DNA of 64,000 nucleotides from Octopus sinensis (lineage: Eukaryota), in assembly GCF_006345805.1 (NCBI RefSeq), contig NC_043002.1:57288001-57352000 (forward strand), written 5' to 3'. The stretch's first letter is position 1; every line of letters begins with the position of its first letter. Below are positions 12,597 to 26,691 of the stretch, piece by piece. The translations under genes and the position numbers were made by a program. The notes beneath the pieces are model-generated. The model worked only from the letters and a program-made list of their open reading frames with translations, searched no databases and had not been told where the DNA came from.

Positions 12597-12800
12597 AACC
12601 TCTTTCCTTTTCGCTGAGTATTCCGCTTTATCTCTCTAGCTAAGCTTCTCTCTCTTCTGATGAAGGGCTAACGTCCGAAACATTACAATTTTTCTCTTTC
12701 CATTAAAACTTTAAGCTAATACCTTATTAGTGAAAGCTTGTGAACACGTCCTGTGTTCTCTTTTTTATTGTTCATTACATTTACACCAAGTATCTTTATC
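12240..12800 (+). mobile_element. Penelope-like pseudo-LTR remnant with hammerhead-like motifs
   Basis: Pyrimidine-rich tract followed by CTGATGA-A-GGGC-TAAC-GTCC-GAAAC (12657-12681) and a second decayed motif ending CGAAACGTCAAG (12374-12406). Confidence 0.55.
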
Positions 12801-13183
12801 TTTTACTTGTTTCCTGGAGCTTTACTGAGAAAAATATTCGCATTATACATTTTGCGTCCTTCCTCGCTTAATGTCAATTTGGATAAGATTGGTGTCATCA
12901 TATCATACAGCTGTCTGTGTAATACGCAATCACTTACACGTTAATTCAGGAATTGGTTCTGAATGTTCCGGCACACAAGTGGAATGTTTCTTACCAAAAT
13001 TTACAGCCTTCAAAAGGTAGGTCGCATTATACCCCAAGACGTCTTTGGAGGACCAGAAATATCATGTGAAATGCAGCGGGGTATGGAAAGCCAGAGATGA
13101 TGCTTGACTGTTTACACTGTATAGTGCGTCGACTTGTATGCCGGAAAATACAGTAGATAAATAGATAATAAATGGCGAGAGAA

Positions 13184-13214
<31 letters not shown>

Positions 13215-13262
13215 GAAGAGAGAGAGAGAGGGAGATAGAGATAGAGAGATAGATAGATAGAT

Positions 13263-13293
<31 letters not shown>

Positions 13294-14659
13294 TAAATAG
13301 ATAGATACCATATTTCCTGGGATACAAATCGAAGTTTGTAGATCAAAATGTCCATATGAGATGCGACAGGATTTGAAAAGCTAGCGACGATGTTTGAATG
13401 TTTACACTATAATCTACGTCGATTTGGCGGCCGTCGAACAATGGTGATCCACCACAAAAGCATTCATGTCTAATGTATATACTATCATATATACGTCTAC
13501 AAACATATATATATATTGCTATGACTGTATGAGAGTGCGCGTCGTTCTGTTTTTGTACATTTACGTGTTTGAGCGTGCGTGTGTGTATGTGTGTATGTGT
13601 GTGTGTGTGTATGTGTGTGTGTGTGCATATGTGTGTTTTCGTATATGTAAGTAATGAGAAAGTATTTGGTTGTATGAATCTATGTTATACGTGTGCCTGT
13701 TGTTATCAAATGAGTAGCTAATTTGATATCAATATGATAACATCGGATATACATGAAAAAGCTGCGACAATGAACGAATAATCGAATTTCATATCCAAAG
13801 TTAAATACATTAATGAAAATTAATTGAAAATAAAATGAAATTATTTATTAAAAAAAGAAAGGAAAGAAGACCAAACACCCCACTGGACAATAAAGAAGAC
13901 CGTTCTTCGTTTAGCATGGGTGGGGAAACGATAACGAATTAATTATGGGAACAAACAATGAAAGTCTCTGGAAAAATATCGACAGAGCTAGCTTTTGTCA
14001 TTAGGTTTTACACAGACAACTGGTTGTATTGGTTTCGTTGTTGTTGCTATATTTTTGTTGAGCAATTGTTGTCACTATTTTTGCTGTCGCTTTTCACTCT
14101 TGTGGCTTTGGGGATTTTCAGACGGCAGCAATTGAAAATTCTTTTGATGTTCCAGACAATTAACAAAGTTATCTATTACCACACACGTCTTGCGAACGTC
14201 ATTCGGTACATCATCATCAAACTCAGTGGTTCACAACCACTTTTTTTTTTACCTACCGACCCCTTTCATTACTATTTTTTTCTGGTGGACCCTCACAGCG
14301 ATTCAATATTTCAAAACTAGTTTCATAGATACTTCTTCCAAAATTCCTATTTTGTTTTTTTCACACGTTCACTTGTGTAGGTTTGCAATGGAATTCTCTG
14401 AGAAAGTTTCAGTGGCTGGAAACAAGTAAAACTATATAAAACATTAGAGAGAAAAACCTTGCTCTTTCTTGCACCAGATACATCTAAAGCAAAAATATTT
14501 TCATGGACCTTAAAAACACTACTGTGAATCCCCTATTTACTATTTTGCTAGTGTGGACCCTCAAAAAATCGCATAGGGATCACAGGTCTAATTGACATGT
14601 CTGATGTCATGCTATTAACTTTTGCTATCAAATTAAAATGCCATTAAATTATGTCCCTT

Positions 14660-15262
14660 CTTTGCTACTTGCTTGCTGCTGCTGCTTGCTTGCCTCTTGT
14701 TCTTGTTTGAGAGGGCTGGGGCCATCCCTGGTTAGTGGTCCCAGAGATGTCATCATGCGTAGAAGAGACCAGATCCACCAGTACTGTCCATCACTGTCAA
14801 CACCTTTCCAGTCCCTCTGCATCCTTCAAGATGTCGTCAAGCCGCTGAAGACCTTTAATCACATCCAGCCATCTGGTGCGGGGCCTGCCACGAGGCCTGC
14901 CACGAGGCCTCTTTCAGCGCACAGTTGCTTCGTCGAATGAAAGCGTGAGACGATCTAGCTGGAGATCTAGCAGGAGACGCAGGACGTGTCCGTACTAGCG
15001 AATGTGACAGATAGCTATGAGGTGGCAGAATGCGGGTTCTTGCGTGCGCTCACGCAGTTCTTTGTTGGTAATATATCGGTATCATCTGATGTTCTCGATG
15101 GTTCTCAGGGTTCTGCTATCAAAGCCATCGATCCTCTTTGCCAGAATCTTCGAGAGATGTCACTTTTGTGCCCCGTAGAGGAAAATGGAGATGGCCGATG
15201 CGTTGTAGATGCGGAGCTTCGTCTTCCGGGAAGTAGAGCAGTGGCACCAGAAGAGCTTCTAT
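14660..15262 (-). mobile_element. RTE-clade LINE 3' end (RT C-terminus), degraded
   Basis: Minus translation TSRKTKLRIYNASAISIFLYGA...RIDGFDSRTLRTI...YGHVLRL...KRPRGRPRTRWLDVI, with in-frame stops; short (GCA/GCAA)n tail. Confidence 0.85.
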
Positions 15263-15727
15263 AGGCTCAATTATTATTTTTTAGTGAGGGAAATTGCTAT
15301 TTGCCAGCATCATTCTTAACTTTTTTCCTCCTGGTAAAACCCTATGTCCATTGTTTAACCAAGGCGAGTGTCAAACTTCTGACTGTCGCATTCAATTGCA
15401 TCAAATAAAACACATCAACACACACCCCTCCGCTCCAGTCATCTGTTGACCCGGAGCTTCTTTTCAATCACTTGTGTCTATGGCATTGTCAGAGTCTAAC
15501 AGAGGCTGGAAATCGATGAATAAAACATAGAATGTTATCGATGTTTTTGAAACGGGGAGGAGGAGATGGGAGAGAATATGCGTCAGTCGTGAAGTTGTGA
15601 ATATTGTAAAGTCGCACAAAACTCTGCCAAGAACTGCAGGGTTTGACGTTTAATTATGTAATAACACTTACACATACATACATACATAATACATACATAC
15701 ATACATACATATACACATACACATATC

Positions 15728-15774
<47 letters not shown>

Positions 15775-15879
15775 CACATGTGTGCGTGTGATCACTATGA
15801 AACCACATTCACTTACCAACAACTGCAGGGTCTAACATTTATGTAATTATATAAACACACACACACACACAGACACACA

Positions 15880-15941
<62 letters not shown>

Positions 15942-16649
15942 AACCACTCACACACATAGACATGTAAGGGAACAATTGAAGGAAAGTAATGCGAAACAAG
16001 AAAATCTTATAAAAGTATTTAGCCCACGGTTCCCTAGCTACTGCAAGAAGGTCACTGTCTCATTTCCTTATTTAATAACGAATTGATTGAATACAGATCT
16101 CGAGGCATCGGATTTTCAAATAAGGGACATTTTAGTTTTCTATGTATGAGTTCAATATCCGTTAGAATTGTTTAGTGCAGATGACAAAATGTCAAAGGAG
16201 TTCTGATAGATTTATCTTTTATATTTCTTCAAAATATTGGGCAAATTCATAGAAAAGGCAACAAAAAAAGAAAAAAGAAGAAACTTGGTTTCGTGATGCA
16301 TAGGGCACAGCAAAAGTCCATTCAGTCTGTAGATTCACCATTCTTTGCAAATGTTTCGACTACAAATTCACAATGTGTGAGGGCGACTGAGAACCAAAAA
16401 GATGGAACATTAGATACAGGAAAACAAAATTATCATTCACCAGACTATACTAGCGTCAGATATGGGGGTTTTCCTGCCGCATTCTGTCTGTATTGCATGA
16501 TGGCTCTAAAGGGAATATTAAAATACTTAATGAAAATCTTACAAACACCGCCTGGCTATCAATCTGTTTGTCTGTCTGTCTCTCTCTCACACTCTCACTC
16601 TCTCTCTCTATCTCTCTCTCTCTCTCACTATCTATCTATCTGTCAGTCA

Positions 16650-16739
<90 letters not shown>

Positions 16740-17103
16740 TTATCTATCTATCAGTCTGTCCGTCTCTCTATTTATCTATAGATATTTATTGATAAAGAGA
16801 TAGATTGATTAATTGTCCATCTGCCTTTTGATAGATTTTGTATCTTTGTCCTGCTGGCTGTCCAGCGGGAACCCCCTCCTTATCACGCAGGTTTGGAAGT
16901 TTGATCGGTTAAGTCGGCGATGGACTGATCATACATCAAGTTCTACTGGGATATATGTTACCAATAGAACTAGGAGTGAACTGATACATACACATATACA
17001 AGAATACATACATACGTACACACACCCACATACACACAAACATAAATACATATATGCACATACATACATACGTACATACATACATACATACATACATCAT
17101 ACA

Positions 17104-17135
<32 letters not shown>

Positions 17136-17579
17136 AACGCATACATACATATGCACACACATTCATCCATACACACATGCATACAGGCCTACATCTACAT
17201 ACGTACATACACGCACCTACACCACACACACACACACACCACATATAAATCCTTAAATCTTTAAAAATGTTTTAGCCCGAAGGCCGCGGCCATGCTTGGA
17301 CACCGCTGTGTGTATATATATATATATGCACAAACATACACACACAGATATATGCACAAGCAAACATACACATACATAAACGCATACATACATAATTCAT
17401 ACATACACATAGGCATACATACATACAAACAAACATAAACGCATACATACATACAGACAAACGTATACACATACATATATACATTCATATACACCCGTGC
17501 ATAAAGAAGAGCAAGATTGTATGGTTGTGCATAGAAATGCATGAATACGAATAGAAATGAGTTAACTCCATGTACAAAC

Positions 17580-17657
17580 CTTGAAGCTCAGTATCCAGAC
17601 TTTATCCAATGAGAATACTGAAGGTTCTGGTTCCGCAATTATCTCTTGAAATGTAAC
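17580..17657 (-). CDS. Cav: Caveolin internal exon (78 nt, 26 aa) carrying the caveolin signature motif
   Basis: ttcttcttccag|GTT ACA TTT CAA GAG ATA ATT GCG GAA CCA...AGC TTC AAG|gtttgt translates to VTFQEIIAEPEPSVFSLDKVWILSFK, matching the FEDVIAEP signature and DGIWKASF. Phase 0/0; splices in frame to the 9289 exon. Confidence 0.93.
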
Positions 17658-18508
17658 CTGGAAGAAGAACAAAAAAAATAATTAACATAAGTTAAACATT
17701 ATGAGAATCTACTTACGTCATGTATGTTAGTAGGCGATGCGTTCAAGTTTTTACTGTTTTGTTCTGACTGTCCTGTTTTTGTTACCACTTTAACCCTCCG
17801 CCAAAATCCCAAATTTTATTTAATTTGCTTTGCAGGAAGGACTGTTTTATCGAAGTCCCGTCTTGTCCCACCCTTCGAAACTCAGAGTAGATAAAACAGG
17901 GAACAACTGATGAAGGGATTGTTCTTTATTTCTCTATTTGTTTCTTTCGTTGTTAGAAAAAAAGTTCGTTTTCCATGTTTTTTTTTATGTTCCCGTTTTT
18001 CATTTTGTTTACGTTTTTTGACGTCCTGTACCCATATATGCATGTATATATACATATATATTTAGGTATGTATATATATGTATATATGAATGTATATTTA
18101 TGTATATTATCTATATTATATATATATATAGACACACACGCATACATACCTGCATACATATATACAAAAATATATATACACACATATACATATATGTATA
18201 TACCATGGGCAAAAAGCCTTCTCATCCATACTACACAACACATTCTTTGGCGAATGGAACTGCAATTGTAACATCCAACATATATTTTATGTTAATTTTC
18301 ATATTTCCCTTCATACTTCTTGTATCTCTTCCTTTCCAAAATAATTTCTTATATTGAACTTTACTAATTCTTTCTATTTGACTCTCGCATATTGTCTCTG
18401 ATGATGAGATATCTTTTACATCCCTGAAACAGCTGTAAGACTATCTTTCTCTCTATAAAATGTCCTAGAAATTTCACACTGCCTTGTCCCATTTTATTTA
18501 ACATATAT

Positions 18509-18815
18509 AGACGCGTGGTTTAGTGGTTAGGGCAATCGGCTCATGATCGGAAAATCGTGAGTTCAATTCCGGGTGATGCGTTGTGACACTCTATTTCACG
18601 TTGCTCCAGTCCACTCAGCTGGCAAAAATGAGTAGTACATGTATTTCAAAGGGGTAAGCCTTGTGATACTCTGTGTCACGCTGAATCTCCTTGGGAACTA
18701 CATTAAGGGTACACGTGTCTGTGGAGTGCTCAACCACTTGCACGTTAATTTCACGAGCCCGCTTTTCCGTTGATCGGATAAACTGGAACCCACGTCGTCG
18801 TAACCGACGCGGTGC
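18509..18815 (+). mobile_element. tRNA-derived SINE, family D
   Basis: A box TGGTTTAGTGG (18516-18526), B box GTTCAATTCC (18561-18570), CORE/V-like GCTCCAGTCCACTCAGCTG and CACTTGCACGTTAATTTCACGAG block. Other copies at 35872-36180 (-), 52030-52288 (+), 52690-52888 (-) and degenerate 63865-63995 (+). Confidence 0.82.
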
Positions 18816-18927
18816 TCGTTCATATATATATATAATGCATATATATATATTCAGTAAATAATAATAATGATCACAATAATGATGATAATAATAATAACAA
18901 CGCCACCACCACCACCACCACCCCACC

Positions 18928-18959
<32 letters not shown>

Positions 18960-19471
18960 CAATAATAATAATAATAATAATGATAATAATAATAATAATA
19001 ATAATTATATCACTTTTTTGTTGTCTCGGAAAGGTTATTATGCCAATAATAAACACTAGTTCTGTTTTACATCTTTTTATTATTATTAGTCTATTTGTAA
19101 ACCATTTAACTAATGAAGTAATTGATTGTTTGATTAATCGTTCGACCAATCAATCGACAAATCAATCGACAAATCAATCAATCAATCAGCTAAGTATTTC
19201 ATTTTATTGGTATAATGCCCCTTCCGAGATACATAAAATGTGTTTTAACATAGGAGTTCACATCAACAATATTTCAAACAAACAACAAAAACGAAACATC
19301 CCAATTATGTTCCATTATTTCATTCCAAGTTCTGTTGCTGCTTTCACAGTTAAAATACTAGCATCACCATCGATACAACAAAGTAATTAAAAATACGTAA
19401 TTAATTTGTATGTGATGAATAAAACGTTTCATCAGGAAATAAGATTTAAACACACACGCCTATCTTTCTTT

Positions 19472-19862
19472 TTCTAGTTTCGGTCATCAGACAGCGGCCA
19501 TGCTGGGGCACCACCCTGAAAATTCTTAGTCGTATGAATCGACCCCAGTACTTATTATTTTTTAAGGCCTAGTTACTTAATCCATTGTTTTTCGTTTGCC
19601 GAACCGCTAGGTTACGGGGACGTTAACAAACCAACACCGGTTGCCAAGCGCTGCTGGAGGACAAAAACAAACACAAAGACACACACACACATGCACGCAT
19701 ATACGACGGGCTTCTTTCAGCTTCCACCTACCAGATCCACTCACAAGGCCGTGTTCGGCCCGGGGCTATAGTAGAAGACACTTGCCCAAGGTTCCACGCA
19801 GTGTAACTGAACCCGGGACCATGTGGTTGGGAAGCAAACTTCATACCATACAGCCACGCCTG
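19472..19862 (-). mobile_element. SINE family B, full length
   Basis: Reverse complement of the 4280-4678 element. Further copies at 25873-26263 (+), 31218-31840 (+), 37118-37552 (-), 46465-46872 (-), 51040-51368 (-); partials at 10445-10640, 39975-40105, 40297-40420, 53960-54118, 54832-54985. Confidence 0.82.
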
Positions 19863-20729
19863 CATGTATACATACATATACATACAAGAAACACAAGCAA
19901 ACTTATCTGTCTCCTGGTTTTAGACTAAATAGTTCATTGCAAAGATAAAACGTTTCAATTAATATATTCATGGAGAGAATCCGTTTTGTTTAAAATAAAT
20001 TCAAGTAGTTTTCTGAGGCTTGGAATCCCCAAGACAATGGAACTCTTCTTTCTGCTATTTAAAAGTATTTCAGGAAGTTGTCACTATTGCAGACGACAGA
20101 CGTTTAGCAAACAACGCATGCGTCCCGCTGCAGTAAATAAATATAAATACAGAAAAAAAGACCCCAATACAAATACATCCATCATCTAAATACAAGCCTC
20201 TGGTTCATGCACAGGACATTCAGATAAACATCGTATGCACAGTCAAACCCCCGCCACACGTATGGACATGCGCGCGCAAACACACAGACGATCGCGCACG
20301 CATGCACAAAACCCTGAACACTGCTGTCTGCGAATAAAGAAAGAAATTTGTTCAGGAGTTATGTCATTATTAATTTAAAATATCTTCGCGAATGTATAGA
20401 TTTCTCAATTATTCTTTCTCTCGTTCTTTCTGTTTGCGTCGAATACGCCTGCTTTTGCGCGAATATATCTGTTTTCTCTCTCTCTTTCCACACACACACA
20501 CACACAACACACACACACACAGAATGCATACGTCTTCTGGTCCAGATATATAGCATTAAAACATGGACACACAGATATATAAAAGTTTGATAGATGCGCG
20601 CGCATGTGTTCACAAACAAACTCAAAGATAAACGCACAGAAATAAATGAAGTAAATTCATTCGTTTTCGAGATATAAATCTTCACGAATTTCTTTTAACT
20701 TCGCAGATAACTCTCTCTTTCTTTCTCTC

Positions 20730-20782
<53 letters not shown>

Positions 20783-20920
20783 ATTTCTGTCTCGTACCCA
20801 ATATCTCTTTCTCCCTCTCTCCCTCAAACACACTTCTTTCACACAAATGGTATGGAACGACGAAAACAAGTCCATCATTATCAAACGATGAATACATAGA
20901 GAATGATGTATATACATATA

Positions 20921-20959
<39 letters not shown>

Positions 20960-21041
20960 CTATATATATATATATAATATATATATATATATAATATATA
21001 ATATATATTATATATATATATATATATATTAGTATATATAT

Positions 21042-21101
<60 letters not shown>

Positions 21102-21268
21102 ATATATATATATGCCAATACAATTCTTGTTTTAACTAGCTTCCTGAAGATTTCTCTTGAATGAAACAGTTCTAGTCCTGTAGAGCTCCTTCTATATAAT
21201 AAATTAATTTTACTCTGCTATGTTTGAGTACCTTATTTACTGTGGTTAACCCCGAATCAACCCGGACC

Positions 21269-21345
<77 letters not shown>

Positions 21346-21753
21346 AAACTAATGTATGCATATTATGAAAATATATGTATACATTTGTTATTTAAAACAG
21401 TTTGATTCAGCAAACTTCTTACAGAAACCTAGCTCGTTCAGGCTCCGGTTACCGAATGGAGAACTACAGGAAGTCCTACTACAAAAGGGGCTGATATTAG
21501 TGATGGCGGATCGCATAGTACTGTCAGAGTAAGATCGACGGCTCAGCGACAGCAGTTCCATTAGAAAAATGCTGGTGGTGTCTAACTGTCTAGGGGGCTG
21601 GTAAGTGTATATGTATACATACATACACACAGATGCGCATACATATATGGATATATATATATATACATATGAGTATGTATGTCATTATTCAGTATTCAGT
21701 TTATTTCAAGATTTCAACATCAACAACAGGGTATTTTTGTATATATGCATGCG

Positions 21754-21787
<34 letters not shown>

Positions 21788-22835
21788 TTTTATTTTTTAT
21801 TCTTTTATTTGTTCTAGTCATTTGACTGCGGCATGCTGGAGCACCGCCTTTAGTGAAACAAATTGATGATAAGTTGCCATAATACTGCAAAACCTTTGAC
21901 TCAACATTATATATATATATATGGCATACACACACACACAACATACACCCACGCACGCAACACACACTCACATACACAACAGACACTCACACACACACAC
22001 ACTTATATGCACACGGGCATACAGAATGTTAATCTCGGATGAGTTGGCTAGCGTCAATCGCACGAAACGAGATTAACATCGAGTATGCCTGTGTGTGTCT
22101 GTAGGTATATGTATGTATGTATGTATGTATGTATATACACGCGCACACACACACATATTTATATACATATACACACATATATTTATATACATATACACAC
22201 ACACACAGTGGCATAGTAAATGTTAATCTTGGATGAGTTGATTAATGTCAACCGCACGAAACGTCTACCTACATATAAATGCATGTTGGTGACACACATG
22301 ATAATTTTCTCATACCCAACGGTCTAATGCTTCTGAAATGTAAAGTAAGATGAGAAAGTAATCTTATTTACCAACACGCAATTATTATAGACTCCACGCA
22401 GCTGTGTTCTAGGAAACTTTAATAACTCTGCGTTTCTGCAAGTTAATAATAAAACCTGGTTTGTGTCACCAGAATGCAATGATTTCTTCCGCCAATGGCT
22501 CCTAGTGCGCTCTCTCCGGATATTTATTGGATTAAATCTTGAAGCGGTTATTTATTTCAAAATGCCATTTCTGACAAAGAACTTGCTCATTATATATGCT
22601 GATGCATTGATTAAAAGAATTTTATTTCATTCACCTGTTTTTTTTCCTGTAGATCAAAATATCTCAGAAGAATTCAGGTATGAATGTTCTGCCTCTCTCT
22701 TTCTCTTACTTTATTTTTTTCTGCCTCTTCCAGGCATTCATGCATATCCTCCCATCCACTCATCCTTTTATCCTTTCACCCATCCATCTTACGTGTACAC
22801 AAACACACATACGTACTGACACATACGTACTGACA

Positions 22836-22876
<41 letters not shown>

Positions 22877-23064
22877 ACGCCCACACTCACGCAGGCATAC
22901 ATACATACATACGCACACACGCACACACACATACACATACATACACACATACATGCACACAAACGTACGACAATCCAGATATCGGAAGTAGCGTTGTAAA
23001 TTGATATTCTGATCATCAGACGGAATCGATTTCCCACATATAGATCGTAATATAATTACGTAGA

Positions 23065-23997
<933 letters not shown>

Positions 23998-24043
23998 ATA
24001 TCTAGCTATCTATCTATCTATTCTATCTCTATCTATCTATATC

Positions 24044-24113
<70 letters not shown>

Positions 24114-24127
24114 CTCTATCTATCTAT

Positions 24128-24165
<38 letters not shown>

Positions 24166-24264
24166 ATAAGTTCAGTACAATTTAGATTCAGTTGAATATG
24201 GTACTTAAGTTAAAGGTACCAGAATTTAGTATGGTATTATCCATATAATTCAAAATGGAGTGAT

Positions 24265-24612
24265 TACAATAAAAAAAAGCAACAAGGATATCCAGAGGTA
24301 ATGCAGTACGATCGTCTCATGCGACTCGATTTAATTGAACAATGTAAATATTACATCAAATTTAAAATGTAGAGCAATCTGCAGCTTCATAAAAATATAG
24401 AATTTAGTTAAGTTCAAAGGATTCATTTGTATAGTTTTTCTATTAACCAAAATCACAAAGAGGATTTAACTAAATTCTATATTTCTATGCAGCTGAAGAT
24501 TGCTCTACATTTTAAAATTGATGTAATATTTACATTGTTCAATTAAATGGAGTCGCATGAAACGATCGTACTGCATTACCTCTGGATATCCTTGTTGCTT
24601 ATTTTGATTATA
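24265..24612. mobile_element. Foldback MITE, ~140-bp near-identical TIRs
   Basis: AGCAACAAGGATATCCAGAGGTAATGCAGTACGATCG... (left) vs ...CGATCGTACTGCATTACCTCTGGATATCCTTGTTGCT (right). Confidence 0.88.
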
Positions 24613-24698
24613 TATATGTACACATATGTGCATGTATGTACACGTATATATATGTATATATATGTGTGTGTATATATATTTGTGTGTATATATATATG

Positions 24699-24746
<48 letters not shown>

Positions 24747-25035
24747 TATATATATGCATATATATACACATATGAGTGTGTATATATATAATATTTTACT
24801 TCTTATGATAAATGCTTTATATGGAATATATATCACTTAATTACTTATCTTCATACAGAGAGAATGTTTCTTAAACATTTTCACTTGTATTTCCAAATAT
24901 CCGCTACCCGCATCAGTTATAGTTCATACATAACTACACTCAACACTACCTAAGCATCTTTTTATCTTTCATCTTTCATCTTTCATCTTTCATCTTTCAT
25001 AGTATGAATATCCGAACATGTTATGTGACACTCAC

Positions 25036-25104
25036 TCCATCTTGTCTCCTGTAACAATATGATATTCCTCTGATGTATTCTTTTGGAGGTATTCTTCTTT
25101 TGCA
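25036..25104 (-). other. Candidate 69-nt exon, possibly an upstream caveolin exon
   Basis: gtttctcctcag|TGCAAAAG...AAGATGGA|gtgagt: good acceptor and consensus donor, all three frames open, same strand as caveolin. No caveolin motif in any frame. Confidence 0.3.
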
Positions 25105-25489
25105 CTGAGGAGAAACGGTAATATATAATTAATTATAATTAAATTAATTTTAAATTTTTCCATGATTCTTACATGTTAATATTACCATTTGAAACGATCG
25201 TATGCATGGACTAAAATTTTGATAAAACTTTTAACACCTTCTCTTCTCCATCTTTAATTGTTTGTTGAGTTTATATAGGATGCGTGTTCTATAAATGCTC
25301 ATAACACACCTTATACTTGTAACATTTTCATATTTTAAAAAAATACTTACAATAGTAAGCTACCAGTTTAATATGAAGAATCTTTATAAGAAATCTAATT
25401 TTGGAACCCCACAAAGTAAAGGATGAAATAGAATTGAACCTTTTCTCACATATATTTCTATGTATATACATATATGTAAATATATAGTT

Positions 25490-25640
25490 GAAATTTACGG
25501 AAAAACACAAGACGAAGGCAGGTGTATAAACAACAAACAGGTGTATTAGTTTGACGCTCGGGAAGGTGAGAAAGTCTATTACGTTTCGAGTCTACGCTCC
25601 TCAACAGAAAGGAACATGATGAAATAAACTGAAAGAGAAT
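25490..25640 (-). mobile_element. Short Penelope-pLTR-like repeat with hammerhead-like motif (copy 1; copy 2 at 43494-43680)
   Basis: Two homologous copies; minus strand CTTT-CTGTTGA-G-GAGC-GTAG-ACTC-GAAAC-GTA. Confidence 0.55.
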
Positions 25641-26008
25641 GTATGCGCGTGTATACATACATACATAATACATACATACATACACACATACATACATACA
25701 TACATACATACATGCATGCATCATGCATGACATACATACATACATACATACATACATACATACATACATACATACATACATGCATACATACATACATACA
25801 TACATACATACATACATACATACATACATACATACATACGTACGTACGTACATACATACGTACGTACATACATGCAGCGTGGCATCTTCGGTAAATGTCT
25901 TCTAGTATAGCCTCGGGCCGACCAAAGCCTTGTGAGTGGATTTGGTAGAAGGAAACTGAAAGAAGCCCATCGTATATATATATATATGTGTGTGTGGTGT
26001 GTGTGTGT

Positions 26009-26053
<45 letters not shown>

Positions 26054-26268
26054 TGTGTGTGTGTGTCTGTAACTGTATTTGTCCCTCCACCATCGTTTGA
26101 CAATCAATCTTGGCGTGTATGCGTCCATGCAACTTAGCGGTTCGGTAAAAGATACCGATAAAATTAACACTAGTCTTACAAAAAATAAGTCCAGGGATCG
26201 ATTTCTTCGATTAAAAGTGGTGCTCCAGCATGGCGACAGTCAAAATGACCGAAACATGTAAAAGTGAA

Positions 26269-26303
<35 letters not shown>

Positions 26304-26476
26304 TTTATAATTAGGGTTCAGCAGAGATTTGCTTCACCACATACTGAAGTTTAGAAATAGCAGTCTAGAAATTTAAAAGTATTACTTAAGCTTACCATGA
26401 AAAGATCTTTTTCATGTCGAATTCTACTTGGTAAAATTACTGATTACTTCTTAATTAATTAATTTTACCCTTTGTT

Positions 26477-26557
<81 letters not shown>

Positions 26558-26691
26558 AATGCATATAGAGTGCGATGGGTAAATTGTCGGCATGTCATAT
26601 TTCTAATTTTCCGCATGCGCATTGTTTGTTTTTGATTTTGTCCATTACACATGTAGTAGGGTCAACACCATGACGCAATTCACTCTGCTAA

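Noticed and set aside
16293-16781. 162-aa plus-strand ORF
   Set aside because: C-terminal half is microsatellite; the N-terminal half has no recognisable motif or convincing splice sites.
17870-17920. GAAAC...CTGATGA arrangement as a type II hammerhead
   Set aside because: No stem I pairing; the apparent stem II consumes core nucleotides.
18509-18575. tRNA-like A and B boxes here and in other SINE heads, considered as tRNA genes
   Set aside because: No complete cloverleaf; each runs into a repeated SINE body.
21411-21600. GC-richer island ending in a plus-strand CTG|GTAAGT donor, considered as a coding exon
   Set aside because: All three plus frames contain stops and the minus frames show no caveolin similarity; kept only as a possible non-coding exon.
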